Shown here in pieces: positions 48,761 through 61,335 of a DNA stretch of 64,000 bases (positions are counted from its first letter, which is position 1; the number at the start of each line of letters is the position of its first letter). Origin of the DNA: Escherichia coli. Lineage in GTDB: Bacteria > Pseudomonadota > Gammaproteobacteria > Enterobacterales > Enterobacteriaceae. The stretch is taken from assembly GCF_030013595.1 (NCBI RefSeq), contig NZ_CP122768.1, one strand, 5' to 3'. The translations under genes were made by a program, and so were the position numbers. The notes under the pieces are model-generated. The model searched no databases, was not told the origin of the DNA, and saw nothing but the letters and a program-made list of their open reading frames with translations.

Positions 48761-50869
48761 TCAGGCTGCGGTAATCAGCCAGCAGTTGTGGATCTGGCGG
48801 TTACGGGCGAAATCCTGGGAGAGCGTTTTTTGCGTAATTTCTTGTGCTTTCAGTCCCAGTTTTGCCAGGCCGTCGAGATCCATACGGAAGCCACGTTTGT
48901 TGTTCGAGAACATGATCGTCCCACCTGCACGCAGCAGACGTTTCAAATCTTTCATCAGCGCCAGATGATCGCGCTGAACATCAAACGCATCTTCCATTCG
49001 TTTTGAGTTAGAGAAGGTTGGCGGATCGATAAAGATCAGATCGAACTGTTCATTTGCCTCACGCAGCCACGCCAGGCAATCGGCTTGAATCAGGCGATGC
49101 GCACGCCCGGTTAGGCCATTCAGACGCAGGTTGCGTTCTGCCCACTCCAGATAAGTACGTGACATATCCACGGTGGTGGTGCTGCGTGCACCGCCTAATC
49201 CCGCATGCACGGTGGCGCTGCCGGTATAAGAGAACAGGTTGAGGAAATCTTTGCCTTTGCTCATCTGACCGAGCATACGACGGGCGATACGGTGATCGAG
49301 GAACAGACCGGTATCGAGGTAATCCGTCAGGTTCACCCACAAGTGAGCGTTATATTCGGTGACTTCGAGAAACTCGCCCTTCTCGCCCAGTTTCTGGTAC
49401 TGATTTTTGCCCTTCTGGCGTTCGCGGGTTTTCAGTACCAGTTTGTTTGGCGCAATCCCCAGTACCGAAATGGTTGCAGCGATAATATCGAACAGACGCT
49501 GACGCGCTTTGTGCGCATCAATAGTTTTTGGCGGCGCATACTCCTGCACCACCACCCAGTCGGCATAACGGTCAACTGCAACGTTGTATTCCGGTAGATC
49601 GGCGTCGTACAGGCGGTAGCATTCAATGCCTTCCTGACGCGCCCACTTCTCGAATTTTTTGAGGTTCTTACGCAGACGGTTGGCGTAGTCTTCTGCCACC
49701 ATTGCCGGTTTGCTGTCTGGTGTGCTTTCGGCAACGTGGTAATTTTTCTGCACGCAGTCTAATGGACCGTTTTTCGCTTTGTACTGTTTGTCTGCACGCA
49801 ACTGCAGGCAACTTAACAGATCCGGCGAGGCACTAAACAAAGAGAGATTCCAGCCACCGAACTGGTTTTTCATGATTCGGCCCAGCAGACTATGCAGCGC
49901 AATCAGCGCCGGTTCGCTGTCCAGACGTTCACCGTATGGCGGGTTGCTCAACACTGTACCGTACGGCCCTTTCGGCAGCGGATTGGTCAGTTGCGCGACA
50001 TCTTTCACCTCAAAGGTGATCAGTTCACCAATCCCCGCAAGACGGGCGTTAGTGCGCGCACGTTGAATCACCCGTGCGTCGCTGTCCGAACCGTAAAAAT
50101 GAGAGCTATACTCAGCCAGGCCTTTACGGGCGCGGGTTTGCGCTTCTGCTTTCACTTCCTGCCAGATGGCTTCATCATGCTGTGCCCAGCCGCTAAAGCC
50201 CCAACGTCCACGGTGCAAGCCTGGTGCGCGATCGGTCGCCAGCATCGCCGCTTCAATCAACAACGTACCGGAACCACACATCGGATCGAGCAGCGGTGTT
50301 CCTGGCTGCCAGCCGGATCGCATAACAATCGCGGCGGCCAGGGTTTCTTTGATCGGCGCAATACCAGCACGATCGCGATAGCCACGCAGATGTAAACCAT
50401 CACCACTGAGATCAAGGGCGATACTGGCGGTTTCTTTATGCAGCCAGACGTTAACGCGAATATCCGGCGCATCGCGATCAACATTTGGACGCGGCAGATT
50501 TTTCCGCGTGAAAGCATCGACAATCGCGTCTTTCACTTTCATCGCACCGTACTGACTGTTGCGGATGGTGTCATTCAAACCACTGAAGTGGACAGCGAAG
50601 GTCGCGCCAGGATTAAACATCTCTGTCCAGTTGATCGCCTGAACACCGAGATAGAGGTCTAAATCGCTGTAAACCTTACACTCGCCCAGCGGCAACATAA
50701 TACGCGAGGCCAGGCGGCTCCACATCAGGCTCTGGTAAACAAGCCGTGTGTCGCCCTTGAAATGGACCCCACCCTGAACCACCTGGCATTCAACGGCCTC
50801 CAGGTTTTCCAGTTCAGTTTTTAACAGCTCTTCCAGCCCACGGGCCGTACTGGCAAACAGAGAATTCAT
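48761..50869 (-). CDS. rlmL: Bifunctional 23S rRNA methyltransferase RlmKL
   Basis: 702 aa; synteny. Confidence 0.95.
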   Translation of the reverse strand: MNSLFASTARGLEELLKTELENLEAVECQVVQGGVHFKGDTRLVYQSLMWSRLASRIMLPLGECKVYSDLDLYLGVQAINWTEMFNPGATFAVHFSGLNDTIRNSQYGAMKVKDAIVDAFTRKNLPRPNVDRDAPDIRVNVWLHKETASIALDLSGDGLHLRGYRDRAGIAPIKETLAAAIVMRSGWQPGTPLLDPMCGSGTLLIEAAMLATDRAPGLHRGRWGFSGWAQHDEAIWQEVKAEAQTRARKGLAEYSSHFYGSDSDARVIQRARTNARLAGIGELITFEVKDVAQLTNPLPKGPYGTVLSNPPYGERLDSEPALIALHSLLGRIMKNQFGGWNLSLFSASPDLLSCLQLRADKQYKAKNGPLDCVQKNYHVAESTPDSKPAMVAEDYANRLRKNLKKFEKWARQEGIECYRLYDADLPEYNVAVDRYADWVVVQEYAPPKTIDAHKARQRLFDIIAATISVLGIAPNKLVLKTRERQKGKNQYQKLGEKGEFLEVTEYNAHLWVNLTDYLDTGLFLDHRIARRMLGQMSKGKDFLNLFSYTGSATVHAGLGGARSTTTVDMSRTYLEWAERNLRLNGLTGRAHRLIQADCLAWLREANEQFDLIFIDPPTFSNSKRMEDAFDVQRDHLALMKDLKRLLRAGGTIMFSNNKRGFRMDLDGLAKLGLKAQEITQKTLSQDFARNRQIHNCWLITAA

Positions 50870-51112
50870 ATCGTCACTTTTACTCTAAGAGCCTACCGCA
50901 GTAGGCGTAATTGTTGCAGTCAGTCTGGACATGGACAGCGCGGAGAAACCGGAGCGTACACAAGTACGTGAGGATTTCGAGCACTTCCCTGGGCCAAACT
51001 GACAAATAAAATAGCCTAATGGGACAGGCGCTAAGAAAATTGTTGCGCATTATAGCTAATAAGCGCGTCATGTCATAAAGTTGAGGGCTTATTTTCATTT
51101 GAGGACCGCACC

Positions 51113-52222
51113 GTGGCGACATTAACCCGGCTTTTTATTCATCCTGTTAAATCGATGCGCGGCATTGGTCTTACACATGTTCTGGCAGATGTCAGTGGTC
51201 TGGCCTTCGATCGCATCTTTATGATCACGGAACCTGACGGTACGTTTATTACCGCTCGCCAGTTTCCCCAGATGGTACGGTTTACTCCTTCACCTGTGCA
51301 TGATGGCTTGCATCTCACCGCACCAGATGGCAGTAGCGCATATGTTCGTTTTGCTGATTTCGCCACACAAGACGCACCAACCGAAGTTTGGGGCACACAT
51401 TTTACCGCGCGAATTGCACCAGACGCGATCAACAAATGGCTAAGTGAATTTTTCTCCCGCGAAGTGCAGTTGCGCTGGGTGGGGCCACAAATGACGAGGC
51501 GCGTGAAACGCCACAACACTGTACCCCTGTCATTTGCTGATGGCTATCCTTACCTTCTTGCTAACGAAGCCTCGTTACGTGATCTCCAACAACGTTGTCC
51601 GGCCAGTGTAAAAATGGAGCAATTCCGCCCCAATCTGGTGGTTTCCGGCGCGTCAGCCTGGGAAGAAGATAGCTGGAAAGTGATTCGCATTGGTGATGTG
51701 GTATTTGATGTGGTTAAACCTTGTAGCCGCTGTATTTTCACCACCGTCAGCCCAGAAAAAGGGCAAAAACATCCGGCAGGCGAACCATTAAAAACATTGC
51801 AATCTTTCCGCACTGCCCAGGATAACGGCGATGTCGATTTTGGTCAGAATTTAATTGCCCGTAATAGCGGCGTAATTCGCGTTGGCGATGAGGTGGAAAT
51901 TCTGGCAACGGCTCCGGCTAAAATTTACGGCGCAGCCGCCGCTGATGATACCGTCAACATCACGCAACAACCGGACGCAAATGTAGATATTGACTGGCAG
52001 GGACAGGCATTTCGTGGAAATAACCAGCAGGTGTTGCTGGAGCAATTAGAAAATCAGGGAATTCGTATCCCTTATTCTTGCCGCGCGGGCATTTGTGGAA
52101 GTTGCCGTGTTCAGCTTTTAGAAGGCGAAGTCACGCCGCTGAAAAAATCAGCAATGGGCGATGATGGCACCATTCTTTGCTGTAGCTGTGTACCGAAGAC
52201 TGCGCTTAAGCTGACGCGTTAG
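51113..52222 (+). CDS. ycbX: MOSC/2Fe-2S ferredoxin-domain protein YcbX
   Basis: 369 aa; C-terminal CRAGICGSC ferredoxin motif. Confidence 0.9.
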   Translation: MATLTRLFIHPVKSMRGIGLTHVLADVSGLAFDRIFMITEPDGTFITARQFPQMVRFTPSPVHDGLHLTAPDGSSAYVRFADFATQDAPTEVWGTHFTARIAPDAINKWLSEFFSREVQLRWVGPQMTRRVKRHNTVPLSFADGYPYLLANEASLRDLQQRCPASVKMEQFRPNLVVSGASAWEEDSWKVIRIGDVVFDVVKPCSRCIFTTVSPEKGQKHPAGEPLKTLQSFRTAQDNGDVDFGQNLIARNSGVIRVGDEVEILATAPAKIYGAAAADDTVNITQQPDANVDIDWQGQAFRGNNQQVLLEQLENQGIRIPYSCRAGICGSCRVQLLEGEVTPLKKSAMGDDGTILCCSCVPKTALKLTR

Positions 52223-52761
52223 ACTGCCTGTTCGAGGCTGAAGCTGTCAACATTAACCTGCGGTTTCAGCCTGTCGTTCATGATTTTGATGGCGTCGCCC
52301 AGCTGCATCGCGCGACCCGCAATAACAACGCAGGGTTGTGCCAGCAGGCATAGTGCGGCATTTTCGCCAGATTCAACGACCAGCAAATTGACTTGCTCGT
52401 GAGTGTCGCTCAACCAAACGCAGGCCGCATCGCCCGGCATGGGCACCCACATTTCACCATGGGAAACAAAATGCCAGCTTTTCGGCATTTGCGGTTTGAG
52501 ATAACGAATTGCTACCAGCGCATTAAGCACCAGTTCGGCTTTTTGTTCTTTAGATAAATTAAAATCGCGGCATTTTTCTTCAAATGAGAAATAGAGCGCG
52601 GCGTCGTCAACGCAAAAGCCTGCGGGAGAAAAGGCATCTGGAGTCAACATTTTGCGCGCAAAACGTGAGCGAAATAGCATACCATTGGCTAAATCGAGCA
52701 TCATTCGATCGTGCTCTTCATCGTAATACCAACGCCAGTTATCGTCTGGTTTAATTCGCAT
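52219..52761 (-). CDS. zapC: Cell division protein ZapC
   Basis: 180 aa from [21 protein letters not shown]. Confidence 0.9.
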   Translation of the reverse strand: MRIKPDDNWRWYYDEEHDRMMLDLANGMLFRSRFARKMLTPDAFSPAGFCVDDAALYFSFEEKCRDFNLSKEQKAELVLNALVAIRYLKPQMPKSWHFVSHGEMWVPMPGDAACVWLSDTHEQVNLLVVESGENAALCLLAQPCVVIAGRAMQLGDAIKIMNDRLKPQVNVDSFSLEQAV

Positions 52762-52934
52762 TTGCCTCCCCCCTACCCTATAAAACCGCAGCAACACAAT
52801 CCATTGTCGCTTCGCTTAATAACCTCAACAATAAAAGTACAAAATGTCTAAATAAGCAACAGCGATGAATATAAAACAACCAGGGCTTAAAATAAAGCCC
52901 TGATTATCTTATAAAGAGGAATTCGAAGAAATAA

Positions 52935-53945
52935 TTAGATATGGGTAACGATTTCTTTAATCAGCGGCGGACCTTTAAAAATAAAACCAGAATAAATTTG
53001 CACCAGTGAGGCCCCCGCAGCAATCTTTTCACGCGCAGCGATAACCGAGTCAATGCCGCCAACACCGATGATCGGTAAGCGACCGTTTAATTCCTGTGAC
53101 AAGCGGCGAATAATTTCTGTGCTTTTTAACTGAAGCGGACGACCACTTAAGCCACCGGTTTGATCACAATTTTTCATTCCCTGAACCAGAGAACGATCGA
53201 GCGTGGTATTGGTTGCAATAACGCCATCAATATTATGGCGAACTAAACTATCGGCAACCTGGATCAATTCTTCTTCAGAAAGATCCGGCGCGATCTTCAC
53301 TGCGATCGGCACATATTTATGGTGCATCGCTTGCAAATCATTTTGCTTATTTTTAATCGCGGTTAAGAGATCATCCAGCGCTTCGCCATATTGCAGTGTG
53401 CGTAGTCCTGGGGTATTCGGCGATGAAATATTGATGGCGATATATCCCGCATAAGCATAGATTTTTTCCATACAAATCAGATAGTCATCTTTACCCTGCT
53501 CCACCGGCGTATCTTTATTTTTGCCGATGTTAATACCCAGGACGCCATCATAATGGGCTTTTTTTACGTTCTCTACGAGGTTATCAACGCCAAGATTATT
53601 AAAGCCCATACGGTTGATCAAACCTTCGGCATCTACCAGACGAAAGAGACGCGGCTTGTCATTACCTGGCTGTGGACGTGGCGTGACGGTACCGATCTCG
53701 ATCGATCCAAATCCCATCGCGCCTAACGCGTCAATGCACTCCCCGTCTTTATCAAGACCGGCTGCCAGACCAAGCGGATTTTTAAACGTCAGGCCCATGC
53801 AGTTAACAGGTTTCGCAGGCACTTTCTGCCGCACCAGTGCTTCAAACGGCGTTCCTGTAATACGGCGTAATTGCTGAAAAGTAAACTCATGAGCACGCTC
53901 TGGATCGAGCTGGAAAAGGGCTTTACGAACGAAGGGGTAGTACAT
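52935..53945 (-). CDS. pyrD: Dihydroorotate dehydrogenase (quinone)
   Basis: 336 aa from [21 protein letters not shown]. Confidence 0.95.
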   Translation of the reverse strand: MYYPFVRKALFQLDPERAHEFTFQQLRRITGTPFEALVRQKVPAKPVNCMGLTFKNPLGLAAGLDKDGECIDALGAMGFGSIEIGTVTPRPQPGNDKPRLFRLVDAEGLINRMGFNNLGVDNLVENVKKAHYDGVLGINIGKNKDTPVEQGKDDYLICMEKIYAYAGYIAINISSPNTPGLRTLQYGEALDDLLTAIKNKQNDLQAMHHKYVPIAVKIAPDLSEEELIQVADSLVRHNIDGVIATNTTLDRSLVQGMKNCDQTGGLSGRPLQLKSTEIIRRLSQELNGRLPIIGVGGIDSVIAAREKIAAGASLVQIYSGFIFKGPPLIKEIVTHI

Positions 53946-54181
53946 GAACTCTCCTGGATTCCCGGTGTGCAAACCGGGGGCGTATTATGTGCGAGTTCGG
54001 ACCAAAAGGGAATTGACCTGTGGCAATAAATAGCAAACGTTTTCTTATTGCGCTTTTTTTATGCTTTTTTTGGCTTTTCTTCCTCAGATAAATCATTTCG
54101 ACTCGCGGACGCCCTCTGTCAGACTGACCGAATTGTTATCAATGTTAACAAAACAAGAACAATTGGTTATAAGGAGAGAGT

Positions 54182-54757
54182 ATGCGTGTCATCACCCTGG
54201 CGGGTAGTCCTCGCTTTCCTTCTCGTTCCAGCTCCTTGCTGGAATATGCGCGGGAAAAACTAAATGGCCTGGATGTAGAGGTTTATCACTGGAATCTGCA
54301 AAACTTCGCCCCGGAAGATCTACTTTATGCTCGTTTCGATAGTCCGGCACTCAAAACCTTCACCGAACAGCTGCAACAGGCCGATGGGCTGATTGTCGCC
54401 ACGCCTGTGTATAAAGCCGCCTATTCCGGTGCGCTGAAAACCCTGCTCGACCTACTGCCAGAACGTGCGTTGCAAGGCAAAGTGGTGCTACCGCTGGCGA
54501 CGGGCGGTACGGTGGCCCATCTGCTGGCGGTCGATTATGCCCTTAAGCCAGTTTTAAGTGCGCTGAAAGCCCAGGAGATCCTGCACGGCGTGTTTGCCGA
54601 TGACTCACAGGTGATTGATTACCACCACAAGCCGCAGTTCACGCCAAATCTGCAAACCCGTCTTGATACCGCGCTGGAAACTTTCTGGCAGGCGCTGCAC
54701 CGCCGCGATATTCAGGTTCCCGATCTTCTGTCTCTGCGAGGTAATGCCCATGCGTAA
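54182..54757 (+). CDS. ssuE: NADPH-dependent FMN reductase SsuE
   Basis: 191 aa; first gene of ssuEADCB. Confidence 0.95.
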   Translation: MRVITLAGSPRFPSRSSSLLEYAREKLNGLDVEVYHWNLQNFAPEDLLYARFDSPALKTFTEQLQQADGLIVATPVYKAAYSGALKTLLDLLPERALQGKVVLPLATGGTVAHLLAVDYALKPVLSALKAQEILHGVFADDSQVIDYHHKPQFTPNLQTRLDTALETFWQALHRRDIQVPDLLSLRGNAHA

Positions 54758-55708
54758 CATCATTCAACTGGCGCTGGCGGGATTACTTAGCGTCTCTACG
54801 ATTGCGGTTGCTGCAGAATCCTCTCCTGAAGCGTTACGTATAGGCTATCAGAAAGGCAGTATTGGTATGGTGCTGGCAAAAAGCCACCAGTTACTGGAAA
54901 AACGCTATCCGCAAACCAAAATCTCCTGGGTGGAGTTCCCGGCTGGCCCACAGATGCTGGAGGCGTTAAACGTTGGCAGTATTGATCTCGGCAGTACCGG
55001 GGATATTCCGCCAATCTTTGCCCAGGCTGCCGGGGCTGATTTGGTATACGTGGGCGTCGAGCCGCCGAAGCCCAAAGCCGAAGTGATTCTGGTGGCAGAT
55101 AACAGCCCGATCAAAACCGTAGCCGATCTTAAAGGTCACAAAGTTGCCTTTCAGAAAGGTTCCAGCTCGCACAATCTTTTACTACGCGCACTACGCCAGG
55201 CCGGGCTTAAATTCACGGATATCCAGCCCACTTACCTGACACCTGCCGATGCCCGCGCCGCGTTCCAGCAAGGTAACGTCGACGCCTGGGCTATCTGGGA
55301 TCCCTACTACTCCGCTGCATTATTACAGGGCGGCGTGCGGGTGCTAAAAGACGGCACCGATCTCAATCAGACCGGATCGTTTTATCTGGCTGCCCGTCCG
55401 TATGCAGAAAAAACGGCGCATTTATTCAGCGTGTGCTGGCAACCTTTAGTGAAGCCGATGCGTTAACCCGCAGCCAGCGCGAGCAAAGCATCGCTTTACT
55501 GGCAAAAACAATGGGCTTACCGGCACCGGTGATTGCCTCTTACTTAGATCATCGCCCTCCTACCACCATCAAACCGGTTAACGCCGAGGTTGCCGCCTTA
55601 CAGCAGCAAACGGCAGATCTGTTTTATGAAAACCGTCTGGTGCCGAAAAAAGTCGATATTCGCCAGCGCATCTGGCAGCCCACTCAACTGGAAGGAAAAC
55701 AATTATGA
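54750..55708 (+). pseudogene. ssuA: ssuA (aliphatic sulfonate binding protein) interrupted by an apparent -1 frameshift in an A-run
   Basis: Frame from ATG 54750 stops at 55464-55466 (..PYAEKTAHLFSVCWQPLVKPMR*); homology continues in the +1 frame (LATFSEADALTRSQ.. to 55708). One extra A in the A6 run at 55408-55413 would restore a 319-aa product. Confidence 0.6.
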
Positions 55709-56850
55709 GTCTGAATATGTTCTGGTTTTTACCGACCCACGGTGACGGGCACTATCTGGGAACGGAAGAAGGTTCACGTCCGGTTGATCACGGTTATCTG
55801 CAACAAATTGCGCAAGCGGCGGATCGTCTGGGCTATACCGGTGTGCTGATCCCAACGGGGCGATCGTGTGAAGATGCGTGGCTGGTGGCGGCGTCGATGA
55901 TCCCGGTGACGCAGCGGCTGAAGTTTCTTGTCGCCCTGCGCCCCAGCGTAACCTCACCTACCGTTGCCGCTCGCCAGGCCGCCACGCTTGACCGTCTCTC
56001 AAATGGTCGTGCGTTGTTTAATCTGGTCACAGGCAGCGATCCACAAGAGCTGGCAGGCGACGGCGTGTTCCTTGATCATAGCGAGCGCTACGAAGCCTCG
56101 GCGGAATTTACCCAGGTCTGGCGGCGCTTATTGCTGGGGGAAACCGTCGATTTCAACGGTAAACATATTCATGTGCGGGGAGCCAAACTGCTCTTCCCGC
56201 CGATTCAACAGCCGTATCCTCCGCTTTACTTTGGCGGATCGTCAGACGTCGCCCAGGAGCTGGCGGCAGAACAAGTTGATCTCTACCTCACCTGGGGCGA
56301 ACCGCCGGAACTGGTTAAAGAGAAAATCGAACAAGTGCGGGCGAAAGCTGCCGCGCATGGACGCAAAATTCGTTTCGGTATTCGCCTGCATGTGATTGTT
56401 CGTGAAACTAACGACGAAGCGTGGCAGGCCGCCGAGCGGTTAATCTCGCATCTTGATGATGAGACTATCGCCAAAGCACAGGCCGCATTCGCCCGGACGG
56501 ATTCCGTAGGACAACAGCGGATGGCGGCGTTACATAACGGCAAGCGCGACAATCTGGAGATTAGCCCCAATTTATGGGCGGGCGTTGGCTTAGTGCGCGG
56601 CGGTGCCGGGACGGCGCTGGTGGGCGATGGTCCGACGGTCGCCGCGCGAATCAACGAATACGCTGCACTTGGCATCGACAGTTTTGTGCTTTCGGGCTAC
56701 CCGCATCTGGAAGAAGCGTATCGGGTTGGCGAGTTGCTGTTTCCGCATCTGGATGTTGCCATCCCGGAAATACCCCAGCCACAACCGCTGAATCCGCAAG
56801 GCGAAGCGGTGGCGAATGATTTTATCCCCCGTAAGGTCGCGCAAAGCTAA
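55705..56850 (+). CDS. ssuD: Alkanesulfonate monooxygenase SsuD
   Basis: 381 aa; synteny. Confidence 0.95.
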   Translation: MSLNMFWFLPTHGDGHYLGTEEGSRPVDHGYLQQIAQAADRLGYTGVLIPTGRSCEDAWLVAASMIPVTQRLKFLVALRPSVTSPTVAARQAATLDRLSNGRALFNLVTGSDPQELAGDGVFLDHSERYEASAEFTQVWRRLLLGETVDFNGKHIHVRGAKLLFPPIQQPYPPLYFGGSSDVAQELAAEQVDLYLTWGEPPELVKEKIEQVRAKAAAHGRKIRFGIRLHVIVRETNDEAWQAAERLISHLDDETIAKAQAAFARTDSVGQQRMAALHNGKRDNLEISPNLWAGVGLVRGGAGTALVGDGPTVAARINEYAALGIDSFVLSGYPHLEEAYRVGELLFPHLDVAIPEIPQPQPLNPQGEAVANDFIPRKVAQS

Positions 56851-56860
56851 GGAAGAAATA

Positions 56861-57652
56861 ATGGCAACGCCAGTGAAGAAGTGGTTATTGCGCGTTGCCC
56901 CCTGGTTTTTACCGGTGGGCATCGTGACGGTGTGGCAACTAGCCTCCTCAGTTGGCTGGCTGTCGACGCGTATTTTGCCCTCTCCGGAAGGAGTGGTGAC
57001 GGCGTTCTGGACGCTCTCCGCCAGCGGCGAATTGTGGCAGCATCTGGCGATCAGCTCCTGGCGGGCGTTGATTGGCTTTTCAATTGGCGGATCGCTGGGC
57101 TTGATTTTGGGACTGATTAGCGGGCTATCTCGCTGGGGAGAACGGCTGCTGGATACCTCCATTCAAATGTTGCGCAACGTGCCGCATCTGGCGCTGATCC
57201 CGCTGGTGATTTTGTGGTTTGGCATTGATGAATCCGCAAAAATCTTTCTGGTGGCGCTCGGCACGCTATTCCCCATTTATATCAACACCTGGCACGGCAT
57301 CCGTAATATCGATCGCGGTCTGGTGGAAATGGCGCGTAGCTATGGATTATCCGGCATACCGCTGTTTATCCATGTGATCCTGCCTGGTGCCCTGCCCTCC
57401 ATTATGGTCGGCGTGCGTTTTGCGTTGGGCCTGATGTGGCTGACGCTGATTGTTGCCGAAACCATTTCTGCCAATTCCGGCATTGGTTATCTGGCGATGA
57501 ATGCGCGGGAGTTTCTGCAAACGGACGTGGTGGTGGTCGCCATTATTCTTTACGCCCTGCTCGGCAAACTGGCTGACGTCAGCGCACAGCTGTTAGAGCG
57601 CCTCTGGTTGCGCTGGAACCCGGCTTATCATTTGAAGGAGGCCACGGTATGA
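56861..57652 (+). CDS. ssuC: Alkanesulfonate ABC permease SsuC
   Basis: 263 aa from [15 protein letters not shown]. Confidence 0.95.
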   Translation: MATPVKKWLLRVAPWFLPVGIVTVWQLASSVGWLSTRILPSPEGVVTAFWTLSASGELWQHLAISSWRALIGFSIGGSLGLILGLISGLSRWGERLLDTSIQMLRNVPHLALIPLVILWFGIDESAKIFLVALGTLFPIYINTWHGIRNIDRGLVEMARSYGLSGIPLFIHVILPGALPSIMVGVRFALGLMWLTLIVAETISANSGIGYLAMNAREFLQTDVVVVAIILYALLGKLADVSAQLLERLWLRWNPAYHLKEATV

Positions 57653-58416
57653 ATACTGCTCGTCTGAACCAGGGCACGCCATTGTTGCTCAATGCAGTAA
57701 GCAAACATTACGCGGAAAATATCGTTCTGAACCAACTGGATTTACATATTCCGGCTGGTCAGTTTGTGGCGGTGGTGGGCCGCAGCGGTGGTGGCAAAAG
57801 TACCCTGCTGCGCCTGCTGGCAGGTCTGGAAACGCCAACCGCTGGCGATGTGTTAGCGGGTTCCACACCGCTGGCTCAGATTCAGGAAGACACGCGAATG
57901 ATGTTTCAGGATGCGCGTCTGCTGCCGTGGAAATCGGTGATTGATAACGTTGGGTTAGGCCTTAAAGGCCAGTGGCGCGATGCCGCGCGTCGGGCGTTGG
58001 CTGCAGTAGGACTGGAGAATCGCGCAGGGGAATGGCCTGCCGCACTTTCAGGCGGGCAGAAACAGCGAGTGGCGCTGGCAAGAGCGTTGATTCATCGACC
58101 GGGTTTATTGTTGCTTGATGAACCGCTCGGGGCGCTGGACGCCTTAACGCGACTCGAGATGCAGGATTTGATTGTGTCACTTTGGCAGGAGCACGGCTTT
58201 ACCGTACTGTTGGTGACGCATGATGTTAGCGAAGCGGTGGCAATGGCTGACCGGGTGTTGTTAATTGAAGAGGGAAAAATTGGTCTGGATTTGACGGTGG
58301 ATATCCCCCGTCCGCGCCGGTTAGGGTCGGTGCGATTAGCGGAGCTGGAAGCGGAAGTGTTGCAACGGGTGATGCAGCGTGGTGAATCTGAAACTCGCCT
58401 GAGAAAACAGGGGTAA
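57649..58416 (+). CDS. ssuB: Alkanesulfonate ABC ATPase SsuB
   Basis: 255 aa; Walker [10 protein letters not shown]. Confidence 0.95.
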   Translation: MNTARLNQGTPLLLNAVSKHYAENIVLNQLDLHIPAGQFVAVVGRSGGGKSTLLRLLAGLETPTAGDVLAGSTPLAQIQEDTRMMFQDARLLPWKSVIDNVGLGLKGQWRDAARRALAAVGLENRAGEWPAALSGGQKQRVALARALIHRPGLLLLDEPLGALDALTRLEMQDLIVSLWQEHGFTVLLVTHDVSEAVAMADRVLLIEEGKIGLDLTVDIPRPRRLGSVRLAELEAEVLQRVMQRGESETRLRKQG

Positions 58417-58420
58417 ATTC

Positions 58421-58460
58421 CCGAATGGCGGCGCTATTGCCGCCATTCGGTTATTTTTTA
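58421..58460. terminator. Bidirectional terminator between ssuB and pepN
   Basis: ccgaatggcggc..gccgccattcgg hairpin followed by T-run. Confidence 0.7.
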
Positions 58461-61070
58461 AGCCAGTGCTTTGGTGATCTTCTCGTACAGATCGCCAGAG
58501 AGATTTTCCAGCCCTTTCAACTGCTCCAGCGCCGCGCGCATTTTCTCCTGACGTTTGGCATCGTAACGTTTCAGGCGAATCAGCGGTTCAATCAGACGTG
58601 AAGCCACCTGCGGGTTACGGCTGTTGAGGTCGGTAAGCATTTCCACCAGGAACTGGTAACCGCTGCCATCTTCAGCATGAAACGCTGCCGGGTTGCTGCC
58701 CGCAAATGCGCCAATCAACGAACGAATACGGTTCGGGTTGCTCATGGTAAATGAGCGATGCTGCAACAGGCCGCGCACCGTCTCCAGCACATTCGCCGCC
58801 GGGCTGGTGGCTTGCAGGATAAACCATTTATCCATCACCAGACCGTCCTGATGCCACTTGTCGTCGTACTCCTGCATCAGCGCGTCACGGCAAGGCAGCT
58901 GTGCGGCAACCGCCGCAGAAAGCGCCGCCAGCGCATCAGTCATATTGTTTGCTTCGTGGAACTGCTTGCTCACCAGCACATCAGCCAGATGCGTTTCACC
59001 AAAAGCGAGGAAGCGCAGGCAGGCATTTCGCAGAGTGCGTTTTGCAATATCGTCATGCTCAACACGGTACTCGCTCTGGTAATTCGCGTTGTAAATAGCC
59101 AGTAGCTCATCCGCCAGTTCAGTCGCCAGAGTACGAGTGAGTGCTTCGCGTACTTCAGCAATAGCAATCGGGTCGATGATATCGAACAGTTCTGCCATTT
59201 CATTGACGGAAGGCAGCGTCAGGATTTCTGCCGCCAGTGCCGGATCAATCTTCTCATCAAGCAGTACCGCGCGGAAAGCATCAGCCACATGCACCGGCAG
59301 AGACAGCGGCTGACCTTGCTGATGACGCGCGACGTTCAGCTTGATGTAGGTTGCCTGCAGGCTTTGCGCCGCATCCCAGCGGGAGAAATCATTACGCGCA
59401 TGGCGCATCAGGAAGGTCAGTTGCTGATCGCTCCACTTATATTCCAGTTTCACTGGCGCAGAGAATTCGCACAGCAGCGCAGGCACCGGCTGGAAGTAGA
59501 CATTATCAAAGACAAAGGTCTGTTCCGCCTGGGTGACGTTCAGCACCGAATTCACCGGGTGACCGCCTTTCTGCAACGGGATCACTTTGCCTTCGTTATC
59601 ATACAGTTCGATGGCAAACGGAATATGCAGCGGCTGTTTTTCTGCCTGATCCGGCGTAGCAGGCGTACGCTGGCTGATGGTCAGGGTGTACTGCTCGGTT
59701 TCCGGATTGTAGTCATCTTTGACGGTCACAACCGGCGTACCGGACTGGCTGTACCAACGGCGGAAATGGGAGAGATCGACATTTGACGCATCTTCCATTG
59801 CCTGAACAAAATCGTCGCAGGTTGCCGCGCTGCCATCATGGCGCTCGAAATAAAGCTGCATCCCTTTCTGGAAGTTTTCTTCGCCCAGCAGGGTGTGGAT
59901 CATGCGAATCACTTCCGCGCCCTTCTCGTAAACGGTCAGGGTGTAGAAGTTGTTCATCTCAATGACCATATCCGGGCGGATCGGGTGCGCCATCGGGCTG
60001 GCGTCTTCCGCAAACTGCAATCCGCGCATGGTGCGCACGTTGTTGATACGGTTTACCGCGCGGGAACCAAGGTCAGAGCTGAATTCCTGATCGCGGAAGA
60101 CGGTTAAACCTTCTTTCAGGCTGAGCTGGAACCAGTCGCGGCAGGTCACACGGTTACCGGTCCAGTTGTGGAAATATTCGTGACCAATAACACGCTCAAT
60201 ATCGAGGTAATCTTTATCGGTGGCGGTGTCGGTACGGGCCAGCACATATTTGGAGTTAAAGATATTCAGACCTTTATTCTCCATTGCGCCCATATTAAAG
60301 AAATCCACCGCGACGATCATATAGATGTCGAGGTCATACTCCAGGCCGAAGCGTTCTTCATCCCATTTCATGGAGTTTTTCAGCGAGGTCATCGCCCACG
60401 GCGCACGATCAAGGTTGCCGCGATCGACGTACAGCTCCAGCGCAACTTCGCGACCAGAACGCGTGGTGAAGGTGTCGCGCAGCACGTCGAAGTCGCCTGC
60501 CACCAGCGCAAACAGGTAGCACGGTTTAGGGAACGGGTCCTGCCACTGTACCCAGTGACGTCCGTTTTCCAGTTCGCCTTGCGCAACGCGGTTACCGTTG
60601 GAAAGAAGGAAGGGATATTTGGTTTTATCGGCAATAATTTTGGTGGTAAAACGCGCCAGCACGTCCGGGCGGTCGAGATAATACGTAATATGGCGGAAAC
60701 CTTCGGCTTCACACTGGGTGCAAAGCGCATCGCCTGACTGATAAAGCCCTTCCAGCGCGGTATTCGTCGCCGGGCTAATTTCATTAACGATCTTAAGCGT
60801 AAAACGCTCCGGCAAATTACTGATGACCAGTGCGCCCTCTTCTTCTTTCCAGGCGGTCCACGGCTCATCATTAATATGAACAGAAACCAGTTTAAGATCT
60901 TCGCCATCAAGACGAAGCGGAGCATCTGATGCACCATGACGGACAGCCTGGCTGACCGCGGTAACGACCGTCTTTTGCGCGTCCAGGTCAAAGGTCAAGT
61001 CAATATCAGTAATCTGGTAATCCGGCGCACGATAATCGTGACGGTATTTGGCTTGTGGCTGTTGAGTCAT
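58458..61070 (-). CDS. pepN: Aminopeptidase N
   Basis: 870 aa; HEYFHNWTGN zinc-binding motif. Confidence 0.97.
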   Translation of the reverse strand: MTQQPQAKYRHDYRAPDYQITDIDLTFDLDAQKTVVTAVSQAVRHGASDAPLRLDGEDLKLVSVHINDEPWTAWKEEEGALVISNLPERFTLKIVNEISPATNTALEGLYQSGDALCTQCEAEGFRHITYYLDRPDVLARFTTKIIADKTKYPFLLSNGNRVAQGELENGRHWVQWQDPFPKPCYLFALVAGDFDVLRDTFTTRSGREVALELYVDRGNLDRAPWAMTSLKNSMKWDEERFGLEYDLDIYMIVAVDFFNMGAMENKGLNIFNSKYVLARTDTATDKDYLDIERVIGHEYFHNWTGNRVTCRDWFQLSLKEGLTVFRDQEFSSDLGSRAVNRINNVRTMRGLQFAEDASPMAHPIRPDMVIEMNNFYTLTVYEKGAEVIRMIHTLLGEENFQKGMQLYFERHDGSAATCDDFVQAMEDASNVDLSHFRRWYSQSGTPVVTVKDDYNPETEQYTLTISQRTPATPDQAEKQPLHIPFAIELYDNEGKVIPLQKGGHPVNSVLNVTQAEQTFVFDNVYFQPVPALLCEFSAPVKLEYKWSDQQLTFLMRHARNDFSRWDAAQSLQATYIKLNVARHQQGQPLSLPVHVADAFRAVLLDEKIDPALAAEILTLPSVNEMAELFDIIDPIAIAEVREALTRTLATELADELLAIYNANYQSEYRVEHDDIAKRTLRNACLRFLAFGETHLADVLVSKQFHEANNMTDALAALSAAVAAQLPCRDALMQEYDDKWHQDGLVMDKWFILQATSPAANVLETVRGLLQHRSFTMSNPNRIRSLIGAFAGSNPAAFHAEDGSGYQFLVEMLTDLNSRNPQVASRLIEPLIRLKRYDAKRQEKMRAALEQLKGLENLSGDLYEKITKALA

Positions 61071-61335
61071 AAATAACCTTTAGCATCTTTTATAGAGTCT
61101 GGTGTTCAGTCTATTCCTGTTGCGTAAATCGCGCTATGCAGAATCTTCATCTTTTCAGGTACAAACGCCTTTATTGCTACATTTTTATAACATACACCGC
61201 GTAATGCCATCGACCAGAAAGGTGGCATATGGTGTGATCGGGGTTCAATAAATTGCGAAACAAGGTATACTCCAGCAGTTCCTGAAGATGTTTATTGTAC
61301 TAAACGCTCCTGTACGAGGACGCTACTGCGCACCT

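Noticed and set aside
58758-60991. Multiple ORFs inside and antisense to pepN
   Set aside because: pepN is a full-length 870-aa conserved gene; the internal ORFs are frame artefacts.
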